Origin: an uncultured Alphaproteobacteria bacterium
GTDB lineage: Bacteria > Pseudomonadota > Alphaproteobacteria > RF32 > CAG-239
Assembly (NCBI GenBank): GCA_944391465.1
Contig: CALXTS010000001.1
Coordinates: forward strand, 26,441 to 90,440
Length of the DNA: 64,000 nucleotides
Direction of reading: 5' to 3'
Of this stretch, positions 19,993-30,413 are shown piece by piece. The position numbers and the translations under genes were made by a program. Each line of letters opens with the position of its first letter. The first letter of the stretch is position 1. Under the pieces are notes generated by a model, which saw only the letters and a list, made by a program, of their open reading frames with translations, was not told where the DNA came from and did no database searches.

Positions 19993-20895
19993 ATGAGAAA
20001 AAGTGATTTTGAATTTTTGACCTCACTCCTGCGTCAGTATGCCGGTTGGGATTTTAATGAAGAACAGTATTTTGTTGTTGATAGAAAAATCTCTAATTTT
20101 ATTCGAGAAAAAAATTACCCCGATGTTGAAGATTTAATTGATGAACTTAAATTGGGTGCAAGAGCTTTGATTTCTCAAGTTGTTGAGAGTTTGGCGTTGT
20201 CTGATACTTCTTTTTATAGAGATTTTGACGTATTTCAGCGTTTTGAGACTATTTTGTTGCCAAATTTACGTGAAAACAACCGTTCCAGTAAAAAAATCCG
20301 TTTTTGGAGTTTGGGGTGTGCTACCGGTCAAGAAGCATATTCAATCGCGATGGCTGTAAAAAATACCGTTTTGGGGTTGGATGATTGGAATATTGAAATT
20401 TTGGGTAGTGATTTATCTGCGGAAGCTATCAATAAAGCTCAGAAAGGTATCTATAATAATTTTGAAGTTCAAACAGGTTTAAATGTGAAATCTATTCTGA
20501 AGTTTTTTCATCAGGAAGGTGCTAATTGGGTAATTAATGATGATATTAGAGGTATGGTAGATTTTCGTCGTTATAATCTTTTAGAGGATATTACTTTTTC
20601 AAATAAATTTGATGTTATCTTTTGTCGGAATGTTTTGCGTTTCTTTTCTCCGGAATATCAACAATTGCTTTTAGCAAAAATAAGTTCTTATCAGGCACAA
20701 GGCGGAATCCTCTATTTAGGGAAAAATGAGCATATTGAAGGTATTGAGGATTATTATAATAAATTACCCGGATTTAATTGTGTGTATGTTTCTAAGATTA
20801 CAACCGTACAGCAAGATATGTCTTTACAGAAGGTTTCTGGGAGTGAAACGGTAGAAGTTATGCCTAGTTTTGTCCGCCCTACAGGATTGTTGTAA
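19993..20895 (+). CDS. cheR: CheR-type chemotaxis protein methyltransferase.
   Basis: FFRDFDVFQ and the SAM-binding block IRFWSLGCATGQEAYSIAMAV, with overall CheR N- and C-domain organisation. Confidence 0.8.
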   Translation: MRKSDFEFLTSLLRQYAGWDFNEEQYFVVDRKISNFIREKNYPDVEDLIDELKLGARALISQVVESLALSDTSFYRDFDVFQRFETILLPNLRENNRSSKKIRFWSLGCATGQEAYSIAMAVKNTVLGLDDWNIEILGSDLSAEAINKAQKGIYNNFEVQTGLNVKSILKFFHQEGANWVINDDIRGMVDFRRYNLLEDITFSNKFDVIFCRNVLRFFSPEYQQLLLAKISSYQAQGGILYLGKNEHIEGIEDYYNKLPGFNCVYVSKITTVQQDMSLQKVSGSETVEVMPSFVRPTGLL

Positions 20896-20921
20896 AATGT
20901 ATTAGTGTTTTTGCATTTATT

Positions 20922-20957
20922 AAAATCCGTCGGAACGTTAATTCCGACGGATTTTTA
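20922..20957 (+). terminator. Rho-independent terminator after cheR.
   Basis: aaaatccgtcggaa / cgttaa / ttccgacggatttt followed by T5. Confidence 0.8.
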
Positions 20958-21182
20958 CTTGCTGCAATAAATTTTGTCCTTAGGATAAAATTATTTGTTG
21001 ACTCTGTGTTTTTGATGGGATATACTGAAGGAGTAATATGCTGGCGGATATTTTTAATGTTTAAGGATATTCGCATACTATGAACATATAAATAACTCTG
21101 ATAATATAAATATATTTTGGCGCCACCGAAATATAAATCTCCGTCCGTATATTACCTCAGTTTATTATTGAGGAGAACGGAC

Positions 21183-22271
21183 ATGCAGAAGCATATACAT
21201 CTTATTTCAGTATTCATCCTTAGTCTTTTTTTATTTATCTGCAAAGCCCAAGCGGCAGTTTTGTTTCTTCCTCATGCAAATTACGGATATGCGGAAACTT
21301 GTCTTCGTTTAGGTATGACCGATACGATGCGCAGCGGTTATGTCTGCGAGCAAAAAAGCGTTATTGATGAAATGAACAAAGAAAAGATAACGGTATGTTA
21401 TAAGAACTGTCGTGCGCAAAGCTGTAAAATCATCAATTCAAGTTACAAAACAAGTTCCGAGAAAAGTTCATATGAGATGAAAGGTTATAACTGTACGGAG
21501 AGTTCTGAGAAAAGTATCAGCGGCTCATGTTACAAGTGTGATTGTGATAACGGAAACGTTAAGAACGGTTATTGTTTATGTAGCTCAGGATATAGTCGCA
21601 AACAAGTTGACGGGGCATGGAGTTGTGTTTGTGAGGCGGTTGACCATAAAGAACTGATAAATGGCGCGTGTCGGTGTTCATCTGGTTATGTTATGGACGA
21701 CAAGAACAACTGTATTTGTGACGGAAGCGTCAATAAAGAAATTAAAGCCGACGGAAGTTGCGGCTGTATAGCCGGCACGGCGGAACAATCGGACGGAAGT
21801 TGTAAGAAGGTTGAATGTTTATCGGGTTATTATTTAGATAATTCGACCTGTATGGCGTGTCCGGAAGGGAGTTACAGTGAGGCTGGTTCGATTGGTATAG
21901 ACAGTTGTGAATACTGTCCGGAAGGTTACACGTTAGGATTAGGCAATTGCGAAAAAGAAGAGCATCCGGAAGGATTTGAATACAGTAACGCGGTAGATTC
22001 CAACAATATGCCGATATATTTGGGAAATCGGATATGCGGGAAGTGTGAAGAAAAGAAATGTACGGAACCGTACGGAAAGATAGACAGTTGTTCCGATGAC
22101 ACGAAAGCGCTTTTTTATAACGGAGAATATGCAGGAAACACGGCGTGCGGAGCATGTATCCAAATCAAGTGTGCGGAAGGCAAGATAGATTATGAGGCGT
22201 GTTATGAGGAAAGCGGCATAAACTACGGTGCGATTTCTGCGTGGGTATCCATGGGCAGTTTGGTTGAATAG
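21183..22271 (+). CDS. Secreted cysteine-rich repeat protein with ephrin-receptor-like / GCC2-GCC3-type CxxCPxGxY modules. The start is MQKHIHL, which has a GAGGAG RBS.
   Basis: Signal peptide (LISVFILSLFLFICKAQA) and more than 50 Cys residues in repeated CxC...SGY and C..CPEGSYS / CEYCPEGYT modules. Confidence 0.65.
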   Translation: MQKHIHLISVFILSLFLFICKAQAAVLFLPHANYGYAETCLRLGMTDTMRSGYVCEQKSVIDEMNKEKITVCYKNCRAQSCKIINSSYKTSSEKSSYEMKGYNCTESSEKSISGSCYKCDCDNGNVKNGYCLCSSGYSRKQVDGAWSCVCEAVDHKELINGACRCSSGYVMDDKNNCICDGSVNKEIKADGSCGCIAGTAEQSDGSCKKVECLSGYYLDNSTCMACPEGSYSEAGSIGIDSCEYCPEGYTLGLGNCEKEEHPEGFEYSNAVDSNNMPIYLGNRICGKCEEKKCTEPYGKIDSCSDDTKALFYNGEYAGNTACGACIQIKCAEGKIDYEACYEESGINYGAISAWVSMGSLVE

Positions 22272-22292
22272 TAACAAGGACGGAGAAAGGCG

Positions 22293-23552
22293 ATGAAAGA
22301 TTACAGAAAGTATGCGTTATGGTATGGGGTTGGTTGTTTGATATTACCGCAAATAAGCTATGCGATGACTTGTGAAGAAGCTCCGGATTGTACGGCGCTC
22401 GGGTTTAAGGTTTCCGGCTCGGAGGTTAAGAGTAAGTGCAACGGATTGAGCCGAATGAAGTGTCCTTTCGGGGATTATTACTTCTGCTCCGAGAAAAAAT
22501 GCGAAGAAGATGATTATCCTTATACCAAAAGCAACTGCAGCTATACTCTTGCCGGAAGTACCTGTGAAGATGCACAAGGAACTCATTATAAGGAATGTAT
22601 TCAGTCTTGTGATACATCAAAATATCCTTATACGTCATCAAACTGTGAAGGTTCAGTTTCAGGAACGACGTGTAGAGACAGCAGCGGAACGCACTACAGT
22701 GCTTGTGTTTGTGGTTATACATATACCACCAGCAATTGCACTTCTCCTAAAGAACCAAGCGGAAAATCTTGTTATGACGGAACACAGTATAAACATGAAT
22801 ATTGTACATGTCCGAGCGATTATAAATATTATAGCTATACTTGTAGTGGTACCTTAGGCGGCGGTTCTTGTTGTAAAAGCGAAGATTATAGTGGGAAATG
22901 TATTAGTGAATCTTATAAATCTTGTGATTGCGGCGATGAATACAAATATACTATAGACAATTGTTCTGGTAATATCAGTGGCTCTATTTGTGTAAGTAGG
23001 TACGTTGATAACAGAATATCTAGTTATCCAGGAACCGATTATGCAACGGAGTGTTGCACAAGCGGATGTTGTATCGGATATTTTTACTATAGTGATGATA
23101 CTTGCGGAAAAGAAGAAACAAAATCAGGGACAAAAACTTTAGGAGTAGTGGTCGCTTCCGGAAAAGTATTAAATGTGGAAAAAAATGCAGTATCTCAAAT
23201 TAGTGCTATTGAAGATTTTACTTTGGCTTGCAGCATTTATAATGAAGGAGGAAAATCTTGGTATGCACCTTCCATCAGCGATTTACAATCAATCAGAATT
23301 GATATTTTGAATGCGGATGGAACTTATGATAATAATTTTAGAGAAACCGATTATTATATTTCTGCAACAGGAACTGCTTCTCAAATATACATGTATAAAG
23401 CAGCAAACACTTATACACACAAAGGTGGTGTATCTGCTACGAAAGGAATGGTGACGACAAAATCTTTACCTATAGAAGAAACTGGATATCAGCCAGATAT
23501 GAGTGATTATGTTGCAATACATGCATATGCCAGTTGTATGTTCAACTTTTGA
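22293..23552 (+). CDS. Secreted cysteine-rich protein with tandem ~35-aa YPYT-SNC...G-TC-D--GTHY--C modules and a non-Cys C-terminal domain of about 150 aa.
   Basis: Signal peptide (YALWYGVGCLILPQISYA). The module is repeated at least three times (DDYPYTKSNCSYTLAGSTCEDAQGTHYKEC; SKYPYTSSNCEGSVSGTTCRDSSGTHYSAC; YTYTTSNCTSPKEPSGKSCYDGTQYKHEYC). Confidence 0.65.
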   Translation: MKDYRKYALWYGVGCLILPQISYAMTCEEAPDCTALGFKVSGSEVKSKCNGLSRMKCPFGDYYFCSEKKCEEDDYPYTKSNCSYTLAGSTCEDAQGTHYKECIQSCDTSKYPYTSSNCEGSVSGTTCRDSSGTHYSACVCGYTYTTSNCTSPKEPSGKSCYDGTQYKHEYCTCPSDYKYYSYTCSGTLGGGSCCKSEDYSGKCISESYKSCDCGDEYKYTIDNCSGNISGSICVSRYVDNRISSYPGTDYATECCTSGCCIGYFYYSDDTCGKEETKSGTKTLGVVVASGKVLNVEKNAVSQISAIEDFTLACSIYNEGGKSWYAPSISDLQSIRIDILNADGTYDNNFRETDYYISATGTASQIYMYKAANTYTHKGGVSATKGMVTTKSLPIEETGYQPDMSDYVAIHAYASCMFNF

Positions 23553-23565
23553 GATGTTTTATAAT

Positions 23566-23593
23566 CAAAAAGCCCCTCAAACGAGGGGCTTTG
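23566..23593. terminator. Bidirectional hairpin terminator between the Cys-rich gene and recA.
   Basis: aaaagcccctc / aaac / gaggggcttt. Confidence 0.55.
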
Positions 23594-23611
23594 GAGTTAG
23601 TTAGTCCGAGG

Positions 23612-24646
23612 TTAGTCCTCATCTACCGATGTTTCTTCATTATCTCCGATTAATTCACTGCTTAAGTGTCCGGCATCGGCTTTGATTTTGTTCTCAATTT
23701 CTTGAGCTACGTCCGGATGATCTTTAAGGAATTGTTTGGCATTTTCTCTGCCTTGGCCGAGCTTTTCTCCATTGTAGGCAAACCATGAGCCTGATTTTTC
23801 AACAACGTTGGCTTTAATTCCTAAATCTAACAACTCTCCCGTTTTGGAAATTCCTTCACCGTACATGATATCAAAATCAATAACTTTGAACGGAGGAGCT
23901 ACTTTATTTTTAACAATCTTTACACGCGTTTGGCTACCAATAATATCTTCTTTGTCTTTAAGTTTGCCGATACTGCGAATGTCTATACGAACAGAGGCAT
24001 AAAATTTAAGAGCGTTACCTCCGGTAGTGGTTTCCGGATTACCAAACATAACGCCGATTTTCATGCGAATCTGATTAATGAAAATGATAAGTGTATTGGA
24101 GCGGGCTACTGTTGAAGTTAATTTTCGGAGTGCCTGACTCATCAAACGAGCTTGCAGTCCCATATGAGAATCGCCCATTTCTCCTTCAAGCTCCGCTTTG
24201 GGAACCAAGGCGGCAACCGAATCGACAACCAGAACATCTATTGCTCCGGAGCGAACCAGAGTATCTGTGATTTCCAATGCTTGTTCTCCTGCATCCGGTT
24301 GAGATATCAGCAGATTTTCAATATCAACGCCGATTTTTTTAGCATAAGAGGGGTCCAGAGCATGCTCAGCATCAATAAAAGCGCAAGTGCCGCCTTTTTT
24401 TTGGGCTTGAGCAATAACACTGAGGGCTAAGGTTGTTTTTCCGGAACTTTCCGGACCATAAATTTCAACAATTCGTCCGCGGGGCATTCCACCGATACCG
24501 AGAGCTAAATCCAATCCTAAAGAGCCGGTGGAGATTGCCTCAATATCTACATGTGCATTATCTTGTCCGAGTCTCATGATTGAGCCTTTGCCGAAGGCTT
24601 TTTCAATTTGGCTTAATGCCGCGTCAAGAGCTTTATCTTTATCCAT
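23612..24646 (-). CDS. recA: Recombinase RecA.
   Basis: Walker [23 protein letters not shown], and the L2 loop region. Confidence 0.97.
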   Translation of the reverse strand: MDKDKALDAALSQIEKAFGKGSIMRLGQDNAHVDIEAISTGSLGLDLALGIGGMPRGRIVEIYGPESSGKTTLALSVIAQAQKKGGTCAFIDAEHALDPSYAKKIGVDIENLLISQPDAGEQALEITDTLVRSGAIDVLVVDSVAALVPKAELEGEMGDSHMGLQARLMSQALRKLTSTVARSNTLIIFINQIRMKIGVMFGNPETTTGGNALKFYASVRIDIRSIGKLKDKEDIIGSQTRVKIVKNKVAPPFKVIDFDIMYGEGISKTGELLDLGIKANVVEKSGSWFAYNGEKLGQGRENAKQFLKDHPDVAQEIENKIKADAGHLSSELIGDNEETSVDED

Positions 24647-24752
24647 ATTATTCTACCTTATAATAAAGTTTATATTATATTTCCGTTATATCCGAGTTGT
24701 TGAAAAATACAATTTCAGACTCTCAGTTATCCCTTGTTAAAAGTAATATGTT

Positions 24753-25706
24753 CTATTTTTGTTCTTTTGGCAAGGGTTTTTTTATATGATAATACTTTTT
24801 TTTACGCGGATAGAGGTTTTCTCCGGTTTTGGCTGCTTCTTGAAATGTTTTGAAATCTTTGAATTCCGATAATGATGCTGTAATGATAGCTCCGAAGATT
24901 ACGACAATCCAAGTACAATAAATCCAAATTAACAGTACCGGTATTGCGGCCATGGTACCGTATAATGTTTTGTATAAAGCTCCGGCTGACATAACAGAAC
25001 CAAAAAATTTGCGCAGTATCAAAAACATTATGAGGGCGGCTAAAGCTCCCAGGCATCCGTGCCAAAAAGGAACTTTTTTATTGGGAACTAAAACATATAA
25101 AAGAATTAGAGCCAATAAAGTGAAAATGCTCGGAATTACAGAACTTAGATAAAATTCTGAACTGATTATGTATTCAGGCATGAATTTTTGCAGTGTATAA
25201 ACGTATCCACGCAAGGAAAAAGCTGTTCCCAATAACAAAGGTCCTAATGTAATGACGGTCCAGTAAAGAGTAATCTTTGTTTTTATATTACGCGCTTTGT
25301 GTACTTTGAATATAAAATTAAGGCTGTTTTCTATCGTCGAAAGCATTAAAATCGCCGTTATGGCTATTCCGATAACGCCGATTGTCGTTAATTGTGCTGT
25401 CGCATTCACAAAATCAGCAAAGTATTGGCTCAATTCTTGTTCTATATCCGGTACAAAATTACGGAGAATAATTTCTTGCATTTGTTCTTTGGCGCCTCTG
25501 AATACCGGAAAAGCCGAAAATATTGCCAATCCGATTGCAAGCAACGGTACTATTGCAATTAATGAAGTATAACTTAATGAGGCGGCTACCCGAAATATTG
25601 TATCATCTTTGGTTCTGATAAAAAGGTATCTGATGTATTCTTTTAATGTTTTTTGCAGATTTGAAAACTTTATTTTCAATGGTTGAGTTGAGTTTTTAAT
25701 ATACAT
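24753..25706 (-). CDS. YihY/BrkB family inner-membrane protein.
   Basis: VAASLSYTSLIAIVPLLAI and multiple TM helices typical of the YihY/virulence-factor BrkB family. Confidence 0.75.
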   Translation of the reverse strand: MYIKNSTQPLKIKFSNLQKTLKEYIRYLFIRTKDDTIFRVAASLSYTSLIAIVPLLAIGLAIFSAFPVFRGAKEQMQEIILRNFVPDIEQELSQYFADFVNATAQLTTIGVIGIAITAILMLSTIENSLNFIFKVHKARNIKTKITLYWTVITLGPLLLGTAFSLRGYVYTLQKFMPEYIISSEFYLSSVIPSIFTLLALILLYVLVPNKKVPFWHGCLGALAALIMFLILRKFFGSVMSAGALYKTLYGTMAAIPVLLIWIYCTWIVVIFGAIITASLSEFKDFKTFQEAAKTGENLYPRKKKYYHIKKPLPKEQK

Positions 25707-25805
25707 TCGACACCCTTAAAAAAAGTTATTTACAAATTGCTTTTAATTCTATAAAAATCTGGATAGAATTCAAGATATATTTAATTAATAGTAAAGGAAA
25801 AAGAT

Positions 25806-26633
25806 ATGACTGCGACTACAGCTTTGATGGCTGGTAAAAAAGGCCTGATTATGGGTCTGGCAAATGACAAGTCTATTGCTTGGGGAATTGCTCAGGCTTT
25901 GAACAGTCAGGGTGCTCAATTGGCAATTTCTTACCAAAATGAGGCTTTGGAGAAAAGAGTTCAACCTTTGGCAGCTCAGTTGGATAAAGAGGCTTTGCTG
26001 ATTAAATGTGATGTCTCCGATTCAGCAAGTGTTGAAAACTGCTTTAAAGAATTGGGTGAAAAATGGGGAAAAATTGATTTTGTTGTACATGCAATTGCTT
26101 TCTCTGATAAAAATCAGCTTAAAGGTCGCACAATCGATACAACTCGCGATAACTTCAAAATGACCATGGAGATTTCTTGCTTCTCTTTCCTTGAGGCTTG
26201 CAAATATGCTTCTCCGATTATGAATGAAGGTGGTTCTATCGTTACTTTGACTTATATGGGTAGTGAGAGAGTTTTGCCTAACTACAATATTATGGGTGTG
26301 GCTAAAGCCGCATTAGAGGCTTCTGTCAGATATGCCGCTATGGATATGGGAAAACAAGGTGTGCGTGTTAATGCCATTTCTGCCGGCCCGATTAAAACTT
26401 TGGCTGCTTCGGGAATCGGCGATTTTCGTAAAATCTTGCATTGGAATGAATTAAACGCTCCGTTGTTGCGTAATGTTACTCAAGAAGAAGTCGGAATGGC
26501 TGCATTAGGTCTTCTTTCTGCTTGCGGAACAGGTATTACCGGTGAAGTTATTCATGTTGACTGCGGTTATCACATTCAGGGGATGTTGAATCTGGATAAT
26601 ATTCCGGCAACTGCAGCAATGCTCAGCGAATAA
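25806..26633 (+). CDS. fabI: Enoyl-[acyl-carrier-protein] reductase (NADH) FabI.
   Basis: GKKGLIMGLANDKSIAWGIA N-terminus and the SDR fold, with Tyr/Lys catalytic residues in context (TYMGSERVLPNYNIMGVAKAALE). Confidence 0.9.
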   Translation: MTATTALMAGKKGLIMGLANDKSIAWGIAQALNSQGAQLAISYQNEALEKRVQPLAAQLDKEALLIKCDVSDSASVENCFKELGEKWGKIDFVVHAIAFSDKNQLKGRTIDTTRDNFKMTMEISCFSFLEACKYASPIMNEGGSIVTLTYMGSERVLPNYNIMGVAKAALEASVRYAAMDMGKQGVRVNAISAGPIKTLAASGIGDFRKILHWNELNAPLLRNVTQEEVGMAALGLLSACGTGITGEVIHVDCGYHIQGMLNLDNIPATAAMLSE

Positions 26634-26650
26634 GTATTTCGAAATCTTTG

Positions 26651-26688
26651 AAAGCCTTCTTCCTTGTTTGGGAGAAGGCTTTTTGTTT
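26651..26688 (+). terminator. Rho-independent terminator after fabI.
   Basis: aagccttcttcc / ttgtttg / ggagaaggctt followed by tttgtttt. Confidence 0.7.
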
Positions 26689-26784
26689 TATAGAATTTTT
26701 TGGGAGTGTAACTCTTAAAATGTGCTTGTGAATGAATGATATTTTATTAAAATAACTGCAAAGCTGTTTTATAATGAGGAAAAT

Positions 26785-28596
26785 ATGGTTGAGGTTAGTA
26801 CTCCGTTTCCGGAAAGGAAATTACGCAGAAAAAAAGTCATTAATACCAAAATATTAATTAAATCTTTGGTTTATGCTTTTGCTATTTTCGGATTGTTATT
26901 TATTATCTTTTTGCTTTCTATTATCGGCTTGTTGCGGCAAGAAACGGGGGCTCCTGCGGCTGTTCCGTCTTCTGCAATATTAACAATTGATTTTGATGAT
27001 GATTATAGTGAAGTTCGTAAAGACAATTTATTAACCGAAATCAGCGAAACGCGGAGTATTGCTTTTTATGATTTAATTAAAGCCATTAATGTTGCGGCGA
27101 TTGATAAAAGAATTAAAGTCTTGGTGGCAAATATCGGCATATCTAATCTTGGGATTGCTCAGATTCAGGATTTGAGAAAGGCAATTAAAGGTTTTAGAAA
27201 AACCGGAAAAAAAGCATATATGTTTTCTAACGGCTTTGGTCCTTTAGGGCAGGGAACTTCAGAATACTATCTTGCCGGAAGTTTTGATAAGATTTATATG
27301 CAACCAAACAGTGAGGTCGGAATTACCGGAATTGCCATTGAAGTTCCTTTTGCGCGGCAATTTTTAAATAAAATCGGTGTGTTTCCTGAGTTTTATTCTC
27401 GTTATGAATATAAAACAGCGGCGGCAAGTTTGACGGATGCTCAAATGTCTGTTCCGTTCAGACGTCAGCTTGAAGATTTGGGAAAAAGTATTTTTAATCA
27501 ATTTATCAGTGATATCAGTTCTGATAGAAATATTGAGGAAAGCGTTCTCAGAAATTTGGTTAATCAAGCACCGTTATCCGCAGAAACTGCTTTGAAAAAT
27601 AAATTGATTGACGATGTCATTTATCGGCAGGATTTATTTAATCAGCTAGCTAAAGAGTATCATGCCGAAGAAATCAGTGTGGGGGATTATATTTCAAATT
27701 TCAGTCGCGCCAAGGCATCAAAACAAATTGCTTTTTTGGTAATTGACGGAACTATTAATGATGGAAAGAGTATTGATAATCCTGTAAACGGGGAAACAGT
27801 AGTCGGTTCGGAAACTGTTGTCTCTCAATTGGAGGAAATTGGCAAAAATTCAAAAATCAAGGCCTTGGTTGTCAGAGTTAATTCTCCGGGAGGAAGCTAT
27901 ATTGCCTCTAAGGAAATATGGCATGCTTTGAATAAATTAAAATCCGATAAAAAAATACCAATTATCGTCTCAATGGGAGATTATGCCGCAAGTGGCGGGT
28001 ATTTTGTGGCTTTGGCCGGAGATAAAATCGTGGCGGCTCCGTCAACCGTAACAGGTTCTATCGGTGTTTTGGGCGGAAAATTGGTTTTTAAGGATTTATG
28101 GAAAAAGTTAGATATTAATTGGAGCGAGGTAGATTTTGGTAGCAATGCCGGAATTTTGAGCGTAAATAGAACTTTTTCAAATCAAGAAAAAAGTATATTT
28201 AACAAATCATTAGATTCTATATATGAAGATTTTACTTTAACAGTTTCTCAGGAGAGAAATATTCCTCTTGATCGTGTTAAAAATTTGGCTAAAGGACGAG
28301 TTTGGAGTGGCGAAGATGCTTATAAGTTTAAATTGATTGATGATATCGGTGGTATTGATAAATCTTTGGAATTAGCTAAAGAATTGGCAGCTATCGCTTC
28401 TGATGAGAAATACAGCATCGTTTATTATCCGAAACCTAAAACTCTTCAAGAAAAAATTATGGAAGTTATAAAATCTTCACCTTCGGTCTCAATTAATCAG
28501 CTTAAAGCGCAATTAGGTCTTGAAAATGACGCTTTTTCTGTGCTACAAAGACTGAAATATAATTTGGCGTTGCCGCCGTTTATTATGAATATCTGA
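26785..28596 (+). CDS. sppA: Signal peptide peptidase SppA (protease IV, 67K type).
   Basis: An N-terminal TM, two ClpP/crotonase-like halves, and catalytic Ser context (SMGDYAASGGYFVALAGDKIVA). Confidence 0.85.
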   Translation: MVEVSTPFPERKLRRKKVINTKILIKSLVYAFAIFGLLFIIFLLSIIGLLRQETGAPAAVPSSAILTIDFDDDYSEVRKDNLLTEISETRSIAFYDLIKAINVAAIDKRIKVLVANIGISNLGIAQIQDLRKAIKGFRKTGKKAYMFSNGFGPLGQGTSEYYLAGSFDKIYMQPNSEVGITGIAIEVPFARQFLNKIGVFPEFYSRYEYKTAAASLTDAQMSVPFRRQLEDLGKSIFNQFISDISSDRNIEESVLRNLVNQAPLSAETALKNKLIDDVIYRQDLFNQLAKEYHAEEISVGDYISNFSRAKASKQIAFLVIDGTINDGKSIDNPVNGETVVGSETVVSQLEEIGKNSKIKALVVRVNSPGGSYIASKEIWHALNKLKSDKKIPIIVSMGDYAASGGYFVALAGDKIVAAPSTVTGSIGVLGGKLVFKDLWKKLDINWSEVDFGSNAGILSVNRTFSNQEKSIFNKSLDSIYEDFTLTVSQERNIPLDRVKNLAKGRVWSGEDAYKFKLIDDIGGIDKSLELAKELAAIASDEKYSIVYYPKPKTLQEKIMEVIKSSPSVSINQLKAQLGLENDAFSVLQRLKYNLALPPFIMNI

Positions 28597-28609
28597 AAAG
28601 GAATAAGTT

Positions 28610-28897
28610 ATGGCTATTGATACGGAAACCGTAAAAAGAATCGCGTTCTTGTCTCGTTTGAGAGTGGATGATGATAAAATTGAAGTGACCGAAAATGAGT
28701 TTAATAAAATTTTGCAATGGGTTGAGCAACTTAATGAAGTTGATGTTTCCGATGTTGAACCTCTGATTTCTGTTAACGAAAATACTTTATCTTTGAGAGA
28801 TGATGAAGTTACCGAAGGAAATCAAAGTCAGGCCGTTTTAGCGAATGCTCCTATGCAAGAATATGGTTATTTCGCTGTTCCGAAAGTTGTCGAATAA
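28610..28897 (+). CDS. gatC: Glu-tRNA(Gln)/Asp-tRNA(Asn) amidotransferase subunit C.
   Basis: A 95-aa protein (VKRIAFLSRLRVDDDK...) sitting immediately upstream of gatA-gatB. Confidence 0.9.
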   Translation: MAIDTETVKRIAFLSRLRVDDDKIEVTENEFNKILQWVEQLNEVDVSDVEPLISVNENTLSLRDDEVTEGNQSQAVLANAPMQEYGYFAVPKVVE

Positions 28898-28954
28898 ACT
28901 TTTATGTGTTTGAAATCTTTGCTCTCTTTATGATTTAATTTGAAAGATTTAAAA

Positions 28955-30412
28955 ATGTCTGATTTAACAAATTTAACTATTGCCGAAGCCAGAGATGGGC
29001 TTAAAAAGAAAGAATTTACAACAATTGAGTTGACAGAGGCTTATATTGCCAAAATGAACGATTGTCGCAAACTTAATGCCTTTGTTTGTGAAACTCAAGA
29101 ACATGCTTTGGAACAAGCGAAACTCAGTCAAGAAAAGTATAATAATAATACGGCAGGTGAATTAGAGGGGATTCCTCTGGGAATTAAGGATTTGTTTTGC
29201 ACCAAAGGAATCGCAACAACTGCTTGTTCTAATATTCTTAAAGGTTTTATTCCTCCGTATGAATCTACTGTTAGCGAAAAGTTATTGGCTGCAGGGGCTT
29301 CTTTTTTGGGAAAACTTAATTTGGATGAGTTTGCTATGGGTGGCAGTAATGAGACCTCGGCTTTCGGTCCGGTTGTAAATCCGTGGAGTAAAAATGTACC
29401 TTTGGTTGCCGGTGGGTCTTCCGGAGGATCGGCTGCTGCCGTTGCCGCAAATATGTGTGCGGGAGCGACAGGTACGGATACCGGAGGTTCTATTCGTCAG
29501 CCTTCATCATATTGCGGAGTTACCGGTATTAAACCAACTTATGGGCGTTGTTCTCGGTACGGAATTATTGCTTTTGCATCTTCTTTGGATCAGGCAGGAC
29601 CAATCGCAAAAGATGTTCGTGATTGCGCCATTATGCTGAAAAATATGGCCGGATATGATCCTAAAGACAGTACCTCAGCTAAAGTTGATGTTCCTGATTT
29701 TGAAAAATTTATCGGACAGGACATCAAAGGTATGAGAATCGGGATTCCAAAAGAATTCAGAGTTGATGCTTTGGATAAAGAAGTTGATGCTTATTGGATG
29801 AAGTCTGCAGAAATCCTTAAACAACGTGGTGCTGAGATTGTTGAGATTTCTTTGCCTCATACCAAATATGCTTTAGCGACTTATTATATTGTTGCTCCGG
29901 CTGAGGCTTCTTCTAATTTGGCTCGTTATGACGGTCTTCGCTATGGAAATCGTGTCAATGGACAGCATTTGGATGATATGTATATTAATTCTCGCACCGC
30001 CGGTTTTGGTAAAGAAGTTAAAAGACGAATTATGATTGGTACTTATGTTCTTTCTGCCGGATATTATGATGCGTATTATCTGAAAGCTCAGAAAGTGCGT
30101 CGGCTTATTCGTGATGATTTTATTAAAGCTTTTGAAAAATGTGATTTGATTTTAACTCCGACGGCTCCGACAGCGGCTTTCCCGATAGGAGATAAGTCTA
30201 TGAATGAGAATCCTATTTTGATGTGGTTGAATGATATCTTTACGGTTTCAATCAGTTTGGCCGGACTTCCGGCAATGAGTTTGCCTGTTGGTTTGTCTGC
30301 TGAGGGGTTGCCTCTTGGAATGCAGGTTGTTGGAAAAGCCTTTGATGAGGCTTCAATATTTAAAGCGGCGAGCGCTTTGGAAAAAGATGTTGATTTTAGA
30401 AAGGTAAGATAA
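28955..30412 (+). CDS. gatA: Glu-tRNA(Gln) amidotransferase subunit A. The ORF track begins at a TTG at 28940; the ATG at 28955 is preferred.
   Basis: Amidase signature [13 protein letters not shown] and the catalytic Ser in [16 protein letters not shown]. Confidence 0.95.
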   Translation: MSDLTNLTIAEARDGLKKKEFTTIELTEAYIAKMNDCRKLNAFVCETQEHALEQAKLSQEKYNNNTAGELEGIPLGIKDLFCTKGIATTACSNILKGFIPPYESTVSEKLLAAGASFLGKLNLDEFAMGGSNETSAFGPVVNPWSKNVPLVAGGSSGGSAAAVAANMCAGATGTDTGGSIRQPSSYCGVTGIKPTYGRCSRYGIIAFASSLDQAGPIAKDVRDCAIMLKNMAGYDPKDSTSAKVDVPDFEKFIGQDIKGMRIGIPKEFRVDALDKEVDAYWMKSAEILKQRGAEIVEISLPHTKYALATYYIVAPAEASSNLARYDGLRYGNRVNGQHLDDMYINSRTAGFGKEVKRRIMIGTYVLSAGYYDAYYLKAQKVRRLIRDDFIKAFEKCDLILTPTAPTAAFPIGDKSMNENPILMWLNDIFTVSISLAGLPAMSLPVGLSAEGLPLGMQVVGKAFDEASIFKAASALEKDVDFRKVR

Positions 30413-30413
30413 A

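Noticed and set aside
21742-22857. Antisense and alternative-frame ORFs overlapping the two Cys-rich protein genes.
   Set aside because: The sense-strand genes have signal peptides, RBSs and coherent repeat structure. The overlapping ORFs are by-products.
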